A stretch of 64,000 nucleotides of DNA from a virus (taxonomy: Duplodnaviria > Caudoviricetes). The translations under genes were made by a program, and so were the position numbers. This document shows, one piece after another, positions 1 to 9,891 of this stretch. The notes beneath the pieces were generated by a model that saw only the letters and a program-made list of their open reading frames with translations, made no database searches and had not been told where the DNA came from. The stretch is taken from positions 132,979 to 196,978 of IMG/VR virus record IMGVR_UViG_3300042258_000341; one strand, 5' to 3'. Every line of letters begins with the position of its first letter. Within the stretch, counting starts at the first letter, position 1.

Positions 1-724
1 ACATCTCCAGCGAACAGTAATAACAATTTAATTTATATTCCGTAAGCAGATGATAAATAATGTTTCTTAACAGAAGAGATTTACCGTGAGAGGTGAAGCC
101 CCCGATAACAACAAGATTCCCTCTTACCATTTTCACATCTTTAAATTTATCGTAGCCGAGAGTGTAATACACACTTTCTTCTTCTTTTTTCTGTTCTACA
201 ATTTGCGAGTACATTTCCCTTAAGCTTTCCACAGAATCTTCCCCATAGAGAAGTCCAGAAGTGGAAGCTTCGGTATGTAAAACTTTATTCTTGGATTTAT
301 GTAACCCGGAAATAAGGTCATCGACAGGATTAAAAATACTGTTAATGTCTTTAACATCGGCAGTTTTTAATTGTTGTTGAAATTTCGAAACTTCCCCAAA
401 AACATCTGTTTCGAAAAGAATTCTTTCCACCTTCTTCGAGTGTACTACATATTCCGAATCATCTTGAAATAAAGGAATTTCAATATCCTGTTGTAAGTCT
501 TTCACATACGAAAGAAGGATATTCTGTTGAGTTTCGGTATAATCCTTCTCTATTGCAGAAAAGGAGGCAAAAATCTGATATTTTTGTTGAGCCTCAAAGA
601 AATACTCAGCAACCGCATCGTAATTCTTATCCCGCTCTTTTATCAGATGTTCGTAAATTTCCCGAAAGACCTGTAATTTTGCAACAGAAGGATACAAGAT
701 CAAAGATTTCAAAAGAGTTCGCAT
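1..724 (-). CDS. dnaB: Replicative DnaB-like helicase, N-terminal part (truncated by window edge)
   Basis: Not in ORF track. Manual translation from ATG at 724 (MRTLLKSLILYPS...) gives an in-frame Walker A, NLVVIGGFTSHGKS (GKS at 85-77), and the DnaB motif CSLEM at the window edge. Confidence 0.8.
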   Translation of the reverse strand, partial: MRTLLKSLILYPSVAKLQVFREIYEHLIKERDKNYDAVAEYFFEAQQKYQIFASFSAIEKDYTETQQNILLSYVKDLQQDIEIPLFQDDSEYVVHSKKVERILFETDVFGEVSKFQQQLKTADVKDINSIFNPVDDLISGLHKSKNKVLHTEASTSGLLYGEDSVESLREMYSQIVEQKKEEESVYYTLGYDKFKDVKMVRGNLVVIGGFTSHGKSLLLRNIIYHLLTEYKLNCYYCSLEM

Positions 725-1498
725 TTATTTCTTTCCGTAGTTAGGTTTTTGAAAATGTTGAAGAATATAATTGGAGAGGTTTGTAGTATAAACCGAAGCA
801 AAGTTACGGGATTCCACCCCGTCTCTGTGATAAATCCATGTAATTTTATCATTCAATATTCTTTTTTCGAGCATTGAAGCGATAATCTGCCCGTAACTTT
901 TATTTACCGGCTCCATGCTTAAGAAAATAATCAAAAAATCAATTTCAGAAGCAGCGGTAAATCCCCTTTGTTCCGCATCTTTGTAATGTAAATTGAAAAG
1001 CTCTTGTCCAGATACAGTCAAGTGTTTGTATTTTTGCCCGGTGAGAGTAAGAAAAGCCCTTACAATGCTTCGAAAGACTTCTACAGACATATTTTGCAAC
1101 AACAGGTTTCGCCCTTTAAAAGGAGTCGTATCAAAATTAGGTATTTTATCAGCATTGGCGTATTTAATTGTTAAGTATTGTGCCAATTCTTTTTGCAAAA
1201 TACAAATACACTCCGTTTTTTTACCGTTTTCTTTTAACATCCTCCCGGTTCCATTACAAATATCACACTCTTTATCCGGAAGAAGGGAATATGCGGGTGT
1301 TATCGAGCGTAAAGAATTTACATCCCTACCTAAAATCCCTGTCAAAACAATTTCCGAAGATGTCGGTGAATTATCTGTTTCCAAAGACTCTGTAGGAAAT
1401 AAAGGCTCTGTGTCTCTTTGTGTCTTAATTTGAGTCGTAGTGTCTTTTACAATATCACTTGAAAAATTAGATGCAAGTCCTTTTTTTTCGTATTTCAT
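725..1498 (-). CDS. DnaC/DnaI-like helicase loader-like protein (Zn finger plus degenerate AAA+)
   Basis: CDICNGTG...ECIC zinc ribbon, followed by an AAA+-like region (EIDFLII, LEKR...KITWI); lies immediately upstream of dnaB; no canonical Walker A. Confidence 0.55.
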   Translation of the reverse strand: MKYEKKGLASNFSSDIVKDTTTQIKTQRDTEPLFPTESLETDNSPTSSEIVLTGILGRDVNSLRSITPAYSLLPDKECDICNGTGRMLKENGKKTECICILQKELAQYLTIKYANADKIPNFDTTPFKGRNLLLQNMSVEVFRSIVRAFLTLTGQKYKHLTVSGQELFNLHYKDAEQRGFTAASEIDFLIIFLSMEPVNKSYGQIIASMLEKRILNDKITWIYHRDGVESRNFASVYTTNLSNYILQHFQKPNYGKK

Positions 1499-1538
1499 AT
1501 TTTAAGATATACCTGTCTTTTTTATTTTTTACAGAAAT

Positions 1539-3236
1539 TTATTTTACAAAACTGCTCGAATATTTATCCGCTCTTCTTTTACGTGTGCCTATCAACAAAT
1601 GCGCTACAGACCGGGAAACAAACTCTTCATCGGGAATACCTTCATGCTCCGCCCCACGAAGAACAGAAGTATCAAGTAATCCCTTTTCCACATCCCCGTG
1701 GATAGCTTGAAACAAAACCCCCTGTTTCTGTAAAATACAGTATTCGTCGAAATCTTGACTATCTTCATGCAACAAGAAAACAAGTAAAAGACTTGAATGC
1801 ACAGAACCGATTCTTGAAATTCGACCGACTATCTGAATTAATTGCCCCCAAGTATCCGGAAGAGAGGTTATTATCAATACAGAAGCGGCTTGTAAATTAA
1901 TTGCTTCACTCCCTGCATTATTCAAAACCATAATGTTGTGGATATTATTGTTGGAGAAGTCTTTCATTTGTTGATATCTCACATCTGCAGAAATATCCCC
2001 ACTTATCTCAAGAGGCTTTCGATAGTAAGTGTCTAAATCTTTACAATCTCGAATTGTTTCACAAAGGATTTTAAGATATTTCTTGGAAGGTGTGTATATC
2101 ACGATCTTTTCATCCACAAACTCTTCTTTCAACATTCTTAAAATCTCATCTGTTTTCGGAGAATTTTCATAAAATCTATCCGGAGCTACAATTTGCGGGG
2201 AGGTTAAAGCTCTTTTCACATACCCAACTTCGGTGAGAGCTTCTAAAATCTTTTGTGAATCATTATTTTCAATATTCTCGTAATCAAAACCTTCTTCGGT
2301 AAGAGCCAAAGCCCCGGAATATATTTCTTTCAAAAGACTTTCTTGTTCCGTAGAAAGTTCCAAAAATCTTTTCTGTATTTGAAAGGGGGGTAAATCCGCA
2401 GCTATATCAGATTTCCTTAAAATAAGACTGTAAGGATCTACTTTCTCTTTGAAAAGCTCGACATTTTTAAATCCCTTAATTCGTTTGAGATACCAGATGG
2501 TCGGGTGTTGCCATAAAATACAGTAATTCTTTTCAAAAACCGCTTTACTTGAACAAAGAGAAATCCCGACATTTTTGAATATCCCGTAAATTTCATCCAA
2601 TTTACCTTTCATCAAAGTCGCAGTTAACCCTAATTTCTTATTTACAACAGGAGTTATTGCCGCTACCGCTTTAGATATCTGAGTATTTAAGGCTTTAAAT
2701 GCAGTAGCTTCGTCGAGAATAAAGAAAGTATGAAATCCTTGTTTCTTTAAAGACATAACGGATTTTAAAATTGTTTGTTTCTCTATCCGGAAAATAGCGT
2801 AATTCATGAGAAGTATTTCAGGAGCCTCCGGCTTTTTTATATCCCCCCAAGCGGAAATAAATTCTTTTCTCTGTTTAGGGTATTTAGAAGCAGTTATGTT
2901 CTCCGCTTTATTGTGTATCACCTGTATTCGTAAAGAGTGATTGAAAAACTTATTGAACTCATCGGCAAATTGAAAAAGAGCAGATGCTGTTGTAACAATT
3001 AACAACCGGGAATTAGGATAAACAGTTCGATAATATAAGAAAGAAGAAATACTGCAGAGAGTTTTCCCCGTTCCTGTAGGGAGAGATAAAAAATAAGTAT
3101 CTTTTAATAAAGATTGGTAAATAGCGTAAGCCTGAAAATTAAAGAAATTCATTTCTTCTTTTAATTCAGGCAATCGCTGTAATTCGAAATTATCCCAAGG
3201 TTTAGGTTGTTGTTCGAGAAGTATATCTTTTGTCAT
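1539..3236 (-). CDS. SNF2-family (SF2) helicase
   Basis: Walker A PTGTGKT, LDEA, LTAT, SEAINLQAA, QIVGRISRIG. Confidence 0.9.
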   Translation of the reverse strand: MTKDILLEQQPKPWDNFELQRLPELKEEMNFFNFQAYAIYQSLLKDTYFLSLPTGTGKTLCSISSFLYYRTVYPNSRLLIVTTASALFQFADEFNKFFNHSLRIQVIHNKAENITASKYPKQRKEFISAWGDIKKPEAPEILLMNYAIFRIEKQTILKSVMSLKKQGFHTFFILDEATAFKALNTQISKAVAAITPVVNKKLGLTATLMKGKLDEIYGIFKNVGISLCSSKAVFEKNYCILWQHPTIWYLKRIKGFKNVELFKEKVDPYSLILRKSDIAADLPPFQIQKRFLELSTEQESLLKEIYSGALALTEEGFDYENIENNDSQKILEALTEVGYVKRALTSPQIVAPDRFYENSPKTDEILRMLKEEFVDEKIVIYTPSKKYLKILCETIRDCKDLDTYYRKPLEISGDISADVRYQQMKDFSNNNIHNIMVLNNAGSEAINLQAASVLIITSLPDTWGQLIQIVGRISRIGSVHSSLLLVFLLHEDSQDFDEYCILQKQGVLFQAIHGDVEKGLLDTSVLRGAEHEGIPDEEFVSRSVAHLLIGTRKRRADKYSSSFVK

Positions 3237-3259
3237 GTAATAGATATACTTCTTTTACC

Positions 3260-3655
3260 TCATTTTTTACAAACTTTTTCAAAAATTTCTTTTATCCCCG
3301 GTTTTTTCACTTCGATTTCCAAACCAGATAATGCTTTCTGCAAAGCTTGTGAGATATTGTTTTTTTGTCGTAAAAGTTTTTTCACCCTATTTATAAACCA
3401 TTTTACATCTACAGGGTCTTGTAAGAAAGTGACAACTTCCCCAACAATAAAAGGGTTGTTAATATATCTTGAAAAACAAGATTTCTTAGCCCTCCCGAAC
3501 AAAGACGTTTCAAGAACCTCATTGTTTCCCAGATAAAGAGCAATTTTTGTATATTTAAAACCAGTCAATATTTGTAAGAGTGTCGAAAACACACTGTATC
3601 GAAAAGAATAAAAAATCAAAGACCCGGGTTTTATATCGTGAGCATTATTCAGCAT
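3260..3655 (-). CDS. Degenerate YiiX/YebB-like (permuted papain) paralog
   Basis: Probable start MLNNAHDIKPG. IKPGSLIF...YTKIALYLG..EVLET mirrors the neighbouring YiiX protein but lacks the catalytic His and Cys. Confidence 0.45.
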   Translation of the reverse strand: MLNNAHDIKPGSLIFYSFRYSVFSTLLQILTGFKYTKIALYLGNNEVLETSLFGRAKKSCFSRYINNPFIVGEVVTFLQDPVDVKWFINRVKKLLRQKNNISQALQKALSGLEIEVKKPGIKEIFEKVCKK

Positions 3656-4265
3656 TTGTGGAATCCTTTCGAGAATCGTAAACAACTTCGAAGTTTGCCG
3701 TAAAGATTGTGTCCGGCACAACCGCTTGTCGTTTAAAGAAAAAATAATCCAGTTCTGTATAAGGGATTAAGTTGTCATAATCCTTAAATGCTTCTTTTAT
3801 TACTTCTGTACAGGATAACCGGTCTCCATTATCCTGAAAATCAAAATTAAAATCATATTCTTTTCCGAAAAAAGCTTCCAATCTGTGTCTCACAACATCC
3901 GGAGAGAATGTGAACTTGGGGCGTAAAACACAGATATGGTCAGCTTTCATAAAATCAAAGAGAGTTTCTTCTTTAACTCCTTCAGCCACTGCATGTAAAA
4001 TCCTATCATTAGTATTGTAGATTCCTGCATGGTTCCAAAACCCCGGGATAAACCCATTATCCAAATAATTATCAAATCTCCGCAATAAAACATCGAACGG
4101 CTGAATTATTTTTGAAATTTGATAAAAATCATTCCCTGACAACAAATAGTGTTTGGGATTGTAAACGAAAAAGAAAGGATACGGATGTTTCTCTATATCA
4201 CCGAAAAGAGTTAAAATCCTTTTCTTCAGGTTGTAACTTGCTTTCTGTAATTTCGATAAAAGCAT
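3645..4265 (-). CDS. YiiX/YebB-like permuted NlpC/P60 cysteine hydrolase (C92)
   Basis: PFDVLL, FWNHAGIY, GKEYDFNF, LSCTEV, VVPD motifs. Confidence 0.85.
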   Translation of the reverse strand: MLLSKLQKASYNLKKRILTLFGDIEKHPYPFFFVYNPKHYLLSGNDFYQISKIIQPFDVLLRRFDNYLDNGFIPGFWNHAGIYNTNDRILHAVAEGVKEETLFDFMKADHICVLRPKFTFSPDVVRHRLEAFFGKEYDFNFDFQDNGDRLSCTEVIKEAFKDYDNLIPYTELDYFFFKRQAVVPDTIFTANFEVVYDSRKDSTNAE

Positions 4266-4893
4266 ATTTCCCCTCCTTTAAGAAGAAAGCGTAAGGAGTT
4301 TGCAACCAACTCCCCAGATTGAATATTTTCAAAGACCCCACTTCTTGCATTCCGGGGCAATGTGTGTGCCCTGTAATAAAAAAATCAAAAAGAGAATCCA
4401 ATTCCATTTCTCGAATTTTAGCTTCTTTTTCCGGGAAATGTTTTTCGTAATACCATTCTGTTAAAAAATGTAATTTACTGCGAATATCAATATTGATCAA
4501 TTTCGAAAATTCATAAAAAAATTTATCTGTAAGAAAATTAAACATCGAAACATTCCCATAATCCGAATCCAAAACATGTCCGTGACAAATAAGAAAATTC
4601 TTGGACTCGTAAGAAAAAGCCGCTCTTTCTTTTATACAAGAAGAAACAAAGGTGAGGTTTTTCATCAGACTATCATGATTTCCCAGAAGATATATTATTT
4701 TAGGGAACCCTTGAAAATAATCTGTAAAATCGGGGACATTAATGTTAGATTTCCAAACATCGAAAATATCCCCCACAAGGAATAATTTTTTTGGAGCATT
4801 GGTCTTTAATTCATTCAGAAATTTACCCAACAATGTTGTTTTGGAGAAATGAGAACCTAAATGTGTGTCTGAAATAAAGACCATATCATACAT
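4198..4893 (-). CDS. Calcineurin-like metallophosphoesterase (LpxH-like)
   Basis: SDTHLG, GDIFD, GNHD, HGH, GHTH, NLGSW motifs. Confidence 0.9.
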   Translation of the reverse strand: MYDMVFISDTHLGSHFSKTTLLGKFLNELKTNAPKKLFLVGDIFDVWKSNINVPDFTDYFQGFPKIIYLLGNHDSLMKNLTFVSSCIKERAAFSYESKNFLICHGHVLDSDYGNVSMFNFLTDKFFYEFSKLINIDIRSKLHFLTEWYYEKHFPEKEAKIREMELDSLFDFFITGHTHCPGMQEVGSLKIFNLGSWLQTPYAFFLKEGKYAFIEITESKLQPEEKDFNSFR

Positions 4894-4899
4894 TATTGG

Positions 4900-5856
4900 T
4901 TACACCCCTTTTTCCCTAAACATGGAAATGAAAACAATCGCTTGCCAGTCATGATCTTCCCCTGTGGTTGTGAACATATAATTACATTTCAGATTTGTAG
5001 CCAATTCTGAAGGGTCAGAATTTTCAAATTTAAAAAACCCATCTCCCACTAAACCGACATTGTTTATGTATCTTTTCAAAATAACTTCTTCATAAAAAAT
5101 ATTGTATTTGCCTTCTCCGGTTAAATTCGGAGTTAAGTTTTCGTATTTCCCGGTAGTCGAGTTATAATCCGCATCCCAATACGCAGCGGGGCATAAACCG
5201 CTATCCGTTCGAGGAACGACTGAAACTAAAGTTGTTAAGTTTTCCAAATCAAGAGAAACATCCCCGTTGCCCATTGCCGGGAGAATTATTTTCTTTCCGG
5301 GGTATCTCAAGAAATTTGTTCCTGTCGTTTCTGTAAAAGGGGTTGCTATAGTTGAAATATAAAAACAAAACCTATCAAATTTAGCATTAGAATATTTCAG
5401 ATATCCTTCGAAAATCCAACTTCTATTGTTTTCAACATTAAATTGTTGAACAATTGTTTTTGTTACCGGGTCTCCCATCTTATGGTCAACTTCAATAAGG
5501 TTTTCACCGTTCCCTACATCCCCGGGGACAGCCACATTATCATCTTTCGAAGTAAAATATCCGGTGGTATTTATCGGTCTCACATTTGGTTTCACAATAA
5601 TACGATTATCCGTTGATCTTAACGAGCTGAAAGAACCTTTTAACAAAGGAATAAGTTGGTTTACGGATACGATATCTTGCAACCCATCATTAATCTTGAT
5701 TAAACCGTTTGCCCAATCCGGGATTAAAAGATCGTCTTGTAAAAGCTGAACTTGTGTTACCCCCAAATCAAACAGTTCTTTTGTTTCATCAGGAGGAAAT
5801 TCTATTCCGAAATATATTCGAGTGCTTTCTGTTAAATTTGTAACAAGTATTTGCAT
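4900..5856 (-). CDS. Hypothetical virion structural protein
   Basis: 318 aa beta-rich ORF at the end of the fibre gene run; AGGA-type RBS. Confidence 0.5.
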   Translation of the reverse strand: MQILVTNLTESTRIYFGIEFPPDETKELFDLGVTQVQLLQDDLLIPDWANGLIKINDGLQDIVSVNQLIPLLKGSFSSLRSTDNRIIVKPNVRPINTTGYFTSKDDNVAVPGDVGNGENLIEVDHKMGDPVTKTIVQQFNVENNRSWIFEGYLKYSNAKFDRFCFYISTIATPFTETTGTNFLRYPGKKIILPAMGNGDVSLDLENLTTLVSVVPRTDSGLCPAAYWDADYNSTTGKYENLTPNLTGEGKYNIFYEEVILKRYINNVGLVGDGFFKFENSDPSELATNLKCNYMFTTTGEDHDWQAIVFISMFREKGV

Positions 5857-5869
5857 TTTTAATTTTCCT

Positions 5870-6376
5870 TTACACCCAATGATATTTTAAATAAACAGTA
5901 AAATCCGGATTTTTGATTTTGGTTCCAGAAACATAAGCGACTAATTTCCCGCCATTTGCAATTGCCGTGTTTATCGTGTTGTCCAAAGCATACAAACTTC
6001 CGGTTGGTATCGTTAAAGTCACTAAATCCCCGGATAAAACCCCCGTATCTAAAGTCTTGGTTCTTACAGAAAAGATAACCGCAGCAGCATTCGTAGAAGT
6101 CATAGTGGCTATCAATTCTGTTACGACGAAAGATTTATTTATACTCGGGGAAAGAATGTCAGAAGAAGTCCCATTCAAAGCATATAAATACCGAGAAGAG
6201 GTGTTATTTGAAGCAACCCCGAAGGAATAGGAGTGCGTTTCTACAGAAAGCCATGCATTTCGGGAAGCATCCCAAAACATTAAAATATTCCAACCAGTGT
6301 TAGGGTTGAACCATATATCTCCAGCTTTAGGATTTAAAGGAGGTTGTGTTTGCGAAGCTATTACAAAATGTGACAT
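5870..6376 (-). CDS. Fibre-associated structural protein
   Basis: Start MSHFV after GGAGG. PLNPKAGDIWFN...FWD...W is a typical phage fibre motif. Confidence 0.55.
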   Translation of the reverse strand: MSHFVIASQTQPPLNPKAGDIWFNPNTGWNILMFWDASRNAWLSVETHSYSFGVASNNTSSRYLYALNGTSSDILSPSINKSFVVTELIATMTSTNAAAVIFSVRTKTLDTGVLSGDLVTLTIPTGSLYALDNTINTAIANGGKLVAYVSGTKIKNPDFTVYLKYHWV

Positions 6377-6387
6377 AAAAACCCTCC

Positions 6388-8010
6388 TTAAATAATGAAC
6401 CAATTTGTTCCGTCAGAGATAACGGTTACAGATTGATATCGTTTGCTGAGGTAATAAGTGGAGTCCCCATCGATTGTTCCAGAGACCGAAGTAATTCCTA
6501 CATTATTTTGCCCGGAACTTATTAATTTCAAGACGAAAGATTTCCCTATCTGGGTTGTAGGATCAGGAAGAGTAACCGTAAAAGAAGCGGTTGTAGCATC
6601 TAACAATAAAACGGTATCGGTATCCAGAACAGAATATGTCGTTGTAATTGTTGAAAGAGGCTTGGATCTAGGTTCAAAACCAATATGCCCGGAAGAAGTA
6701 TAATCCAGCCCTTGTAAGCTGGAATGATATGGGGATATTGAGCCTGAAATAGAAGAAGCGGATGTTTGAGTTGTTCGATAGTCAACCACGTCAGCAACAA
6801 TCGCTTTTCTTTCCCCGGCATACGAAGTTTTTGTTTGTAAAATTACCCTATATAAAAGTTTAAATTCTACAAAAAAGGAACCCAAGATTAAAGATTCAAA
6901 AGTGTTATAATCTTTTGCATTTGTCAAAAGATTATCTTGTCGTTGTCCTTGAATCGCAATAACAGGCTCTGTTAATTTATTTGTGGCAAAAATCCAATAT
7001 GCAACGTAATACCCGTTACTGACTTCTGTTTGCCCCCAAGTTGTAGTAAAAGAATTGTAATTTACCAGCCCATTTGTTGTATTTTTGAAATAAAAATCTG
7101 TGGCGGTATCTTTTCGCCATTCCCCGGTTATTCCTTCTTTGTAAAAAACAGGAATTTTTGCAGGTTTCAATAAATACTGTTCAAAAGCATTTATAGGGGT
7201 TGCAGCATGTGCGATATTAATTAAAATATCTTCATCCGCAAGACCTCCGTTAGCCAATTGTATTTGAACTGCAGAATCACTATCGGTATTTAAAGTATAT
7301 CCAGAAATATTAAACCCGTTTCTATATCTCGTACCATTTATGTTATGCAAGTATTCATGAGTTGCCCAGTCCATAACAAGCCCATGTCTTTCTTCACAAA
7401 GAAAAAGAGCTTGGGCTAAAGTAGCATTCCAATAAAGAATACATACAGGAACCGAAGCTGAAAGATCCCAAGCCGTTTGGCTTGCGGTTAAAGTTGTTCC
7501 AACATAATAAATATACCAAATCCCAGAGGTATTTGATATTTGAACAGAATCTAAAACAGTTTTTGTGTATTTTACCGAGTTTTGATAATAATCAAAAGAT
7601 GTCGAAACCGGGGCAATTGAAAAAGTCCTTGTTGCATCGGTAAAAGAGAAAACAGAATCTGTTCTATTAGGAAATCCTGTATATTCCTGCGAAAGACTTG
7701 CAGCAGAAATTAAATTCCCGATATTGGTTGCAGATTGCCCCCCGACTTGAGTGACTTGGGGGGAAGTAGCAGTGCCCCCTAAATCCCCAGTTAATTGGAT
7801 TATCCCTTTTAGAAGAGCAGTTGCTTCATGATTAGAAACTTCATTCCAGACCGAATTTAAAAAAACATAAAGCCGAGGATTCCCCACTTCAGCGTTATTT
7901 ACAAAAACTTGATTTTCAACCGGATTTTCCGGAAAAGTACTTGCAGCTTCAATTACTGCTTTTTGAAGTTCCGCCTGATCTAAATCTAAGTTTGTTCCTA
8001 AAAATTTCAC
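6388..8010 (-). CDS. Head/neck or tail fibre-like protein
   Basis: N-terminal LDLDQAELQKAVI; KGIIQLTGDLGGTA; C-terminal TVTLPDP...IDG...SVTVISDGTNWFII fibre domain. Confidence 0.65.
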   Translation of the reverse strand: MKFLGTNLDLDQAELQKAVIEAASTFPENPVENQVFVNNAEVGNPRLYVFLNSVWNEVSNHEATALLKGIIQLTGDLGGTATSPQVTQVGGQSATNIGNLISAASLSQEYTGFPNRTDSVFSFTDATRTFSIAPVSTSFDYYQNSVKYTKTVLDSVQISNTSGIWYIYYVGTTLTASQTAWDLSASVPVCILYWNATLAQALFLCEERHGLVMDWATHEYLHNINGTRYRNGFNISGYTLNTDSDSAVQIQLANGGLADEDILINIAHAATPINAFEQYLLKPAKIPVFYKEGITGEWRKDTATDFYFKNTTNGLVNYNSFTTTWGQTEVSNGYYVAYWIFATNKLTEPVIAIQGQRQDNLLTNAKDYNTFESLILGSFFVEFKLLYRVILQTKTSYAGERKAIVADVVDYRTTQTSASSISGSISPYHSSLQGLDYTSSGHIGFEPRSKPLSTITTTYSVLDTDTVLLLDATTASFTVTLPDPTTQIGKSFVLKLISSGQNNVGITSVSGTIDGDSTYYLSKRYQSVTVISDGTNWFII

Positions 8011-8285
8011 CCGATCATCCGCCTTAAGGAATTAATAAATTCTTCTGGTATTTCATCAAGAAAAAAAGCCTCTTGTCCATTAACATTTGCAGAAATTTCC
8101 ATTTTTCCATTTTCGTAAGATATCTTAAATTCATATCCGTTACTAAATTTTAATCCCACGCTTTGAGTTATTTTTGCCAACAAAGGAGCAATCTCTTTCT
8201 CTGCAGGGGGGAACGGGGGCGGATTTTCTTTTTTTTCCGTCTTTTTTATATTCGTCAATGAAATTCCCATGTTTTGATACCCCAT
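8007..8285 (-). CDS. Hypothetical protein
   Basis: 92 aa ORF with a start/stop overlap into the next gene. Confidence 0.5.
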   Translation of the reverse strand: MGYQNMGISLTNIKKTEKKENPPPFPPAEKEIAPLLAKITQSVGLKFSNGYEFKISYENGKMEISANVNGQEAFFLDEIPEEFINSLRRMIG

Positions 8286-8309
8286 TATTGAAATAGTGTC
8301 TTTAAGATA

Positions 8310-8355
8310 AAGGTTTCTGTAAGGAAATTCAAGATGATCTCCCTACAGAAACCTT
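8310..8355 (-). terminator. Intergenic hairpin (putative terminator)
   Basis: AAGGTTTCTGTA...TACAGAAACCTT inverted repeat just downstream of 8364..9563. Confidence 0.55.
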
Positions 8356-8363
8356 GTTACATA

Positions 8364-9563
8364 TTACCCAGTTACAACAACACGATACTGGTTAGCAGTA
8401 GGAGCTTTTTTGAATTTTACAGTGATTGTGTCAACACTTGTTGCTTCCCAATCGGTCATAACAGCGGCATATGGGTTTGCAACCTGTCGAATTGCAACTG
8501 TCACATCTTGAGAATTCAAGTTATGTGTAATTACAAAATCTGTGTCCGAAGCATTTCCGATACTTACAGAATATTTCTTAACCAATGGAAGGGTTTGTGT
8601 ATCCCCTACCGCACCTTCAGTAACATTCCATTTATTTGTAGAAACGTCGAAGAAAATCGCAGCATTTGCTTGTTCGGCTACAGAAAAGCTATCTCCACTC
8701 GGATCAGAAGTGAAAGCTTCTTCGATTGTAAGAGCGGTGTCCGAAGTAATTTCTGTAATTTTTCTTCGTTCTCCGCTTACAACAAGAATATCTCCCACAG
8801 CATAACTTGTGAAAGTTGTGCCTGAGCCGGTAATTGCTGTTCCAGTTCCAGATACGGTTCCAGTTCCAGCAGCGTCAGCGGCTAAACGTCTTACTTCAAT
8901 ACCGCCATTTGAATGGCTGGTTGAAACATCGATCAGAGAGTTCAAAAGAATAGAACTGTCTCCGATTTGAACTTCGGTGGAATTAATGTAAGTTAAATCT
9001 CCGGTAATGGTCAAATCATCAACTTTAAGGGGAGCGTAAGCTGAGTCAGCGGCGTTTCTTACTTCGAGAACCCCCGCATTGTCTTTCAATACTACCCCGG
9101 AAGATCCGCTGTTAAGTTGGAAAGTCGCAGAAGTTGTGCCGGTATCTGTGTTCTGATCGTGGGATTTTCCTACGGCAGTTGCGATAGCGTTAGCACTTGT
9201 TGCGTCCCCGGTTCCGTATCCAACACCGGTTACGATAACTGCAGTTGCAGTTCCACCTAAATCCCCCGCTAATTGAACAACCCCTTTACCTGAAGTACTG
9301 GCATCGTCTACAGAAATAGTTACTTGTCTGCTACCGTCTTCGGAAGCATTTATCGGAGAAGTTCCCACAATCGAAAGAACAGCATCTGCATCTGACAGTG
9401 TAACCCACGCAGAACCGTTCCAAGAATACAGGGTAAATTCATCTGTATCATAAGTTAGTTGTCCTCCTACTGGAGTTGCAGGACGAGTGGCGGAAGTTGA
9501 CTTATGAATTACACCATTTAGTAATTCATTCTGGTCAAAATTGAGATTATTTAAAATTAACAT
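8364..9563 (-). CDS. Fibre-like structural protein
   Basis: LNFDQNELLNGVI, GQLTYDT..LYSWNGSAW, KGVVQLAGDLGGTA, ITGSGTTFT, C-terminal ITHNL...YRVVVTG. Confidence 0.7.
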   Translation of the reverse strand: MLILNNLNFDQNELLNGVIHKSTSATRPATPVGGQLTYDTDEFTLYSWNGSAWVTLSDADAVLSIVGTSPINASEDGSRQVTISVDDASTSGKGVVQLAGDLGGTATAVIVTGVGYGTGDATSANAIATAVGKSHDQNTDTGTTSATFQLNSGSSGVVLKDNAGVLEVRNAADSAYAPLKVDDLTITGDLTYINSTEVQIGDSSILLNSLIDVSTSHSNGGIEVRRLAADAAGTGTVSGTGTAITGSGTTFTSYAVGDILVVSGERRKITEITSDTALTIEEAFTSDPSGDSFSVAEQANAAIFFDVSTNKWNVTEGAVGDTQTLPLVKKYSVSIGNASDTDFVITHNLNSQDVTVAIRQVANPYAAVMTDWEATSVDTITVKFKKAPTANQYRVVVTG

Positions 9564-9587
9564 CTGGGGTAATTCTCCTTAATGTTT

Positions 9588-9863
9588 TTAGTTCAAAAAA
9601 GCTTTACCTGTAATAGGTCGAGAAAATGACAAAGTTATCTGATTCTCTGAATCATAGACTTTAAGCCCGAAAACTTCAGTACCATCATCCAATACTACAG
9701 AAACGGAAGGGTATTTACTCATATTGTGTTCAATAACCCAAGTGTTGGAGGGGGTGTCTTGAACATGCTCATAAGTAGATATAACTTCGTTCGGAAATTT
9801 ATCTTCTGCGGGTAATTCCCGTAATCTCCCGTTTATTTGCACTAAGGGGATTCTTATTGCCAT
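9588..9863 (-). CDS. Small fibre-associated protein
   Basis: HVQDTPSNTWVIEHNMSKYPSVSV...FSRPITGKAFLN motif common in phage structural modules. Confidence 0.65.
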   Translation of the reverse strand: MAIRIPLVQINGRLRELPAEDKFPNEVISTYEHVQDTPSNTWVIEHNMSKYPSVSVVLDDGTEVFGLKVYDSENQITLSFSRPITGKAFLN

Positions 9864-9891
9864 TTATACCTGTCCAACCCCTTTCGTGAAA

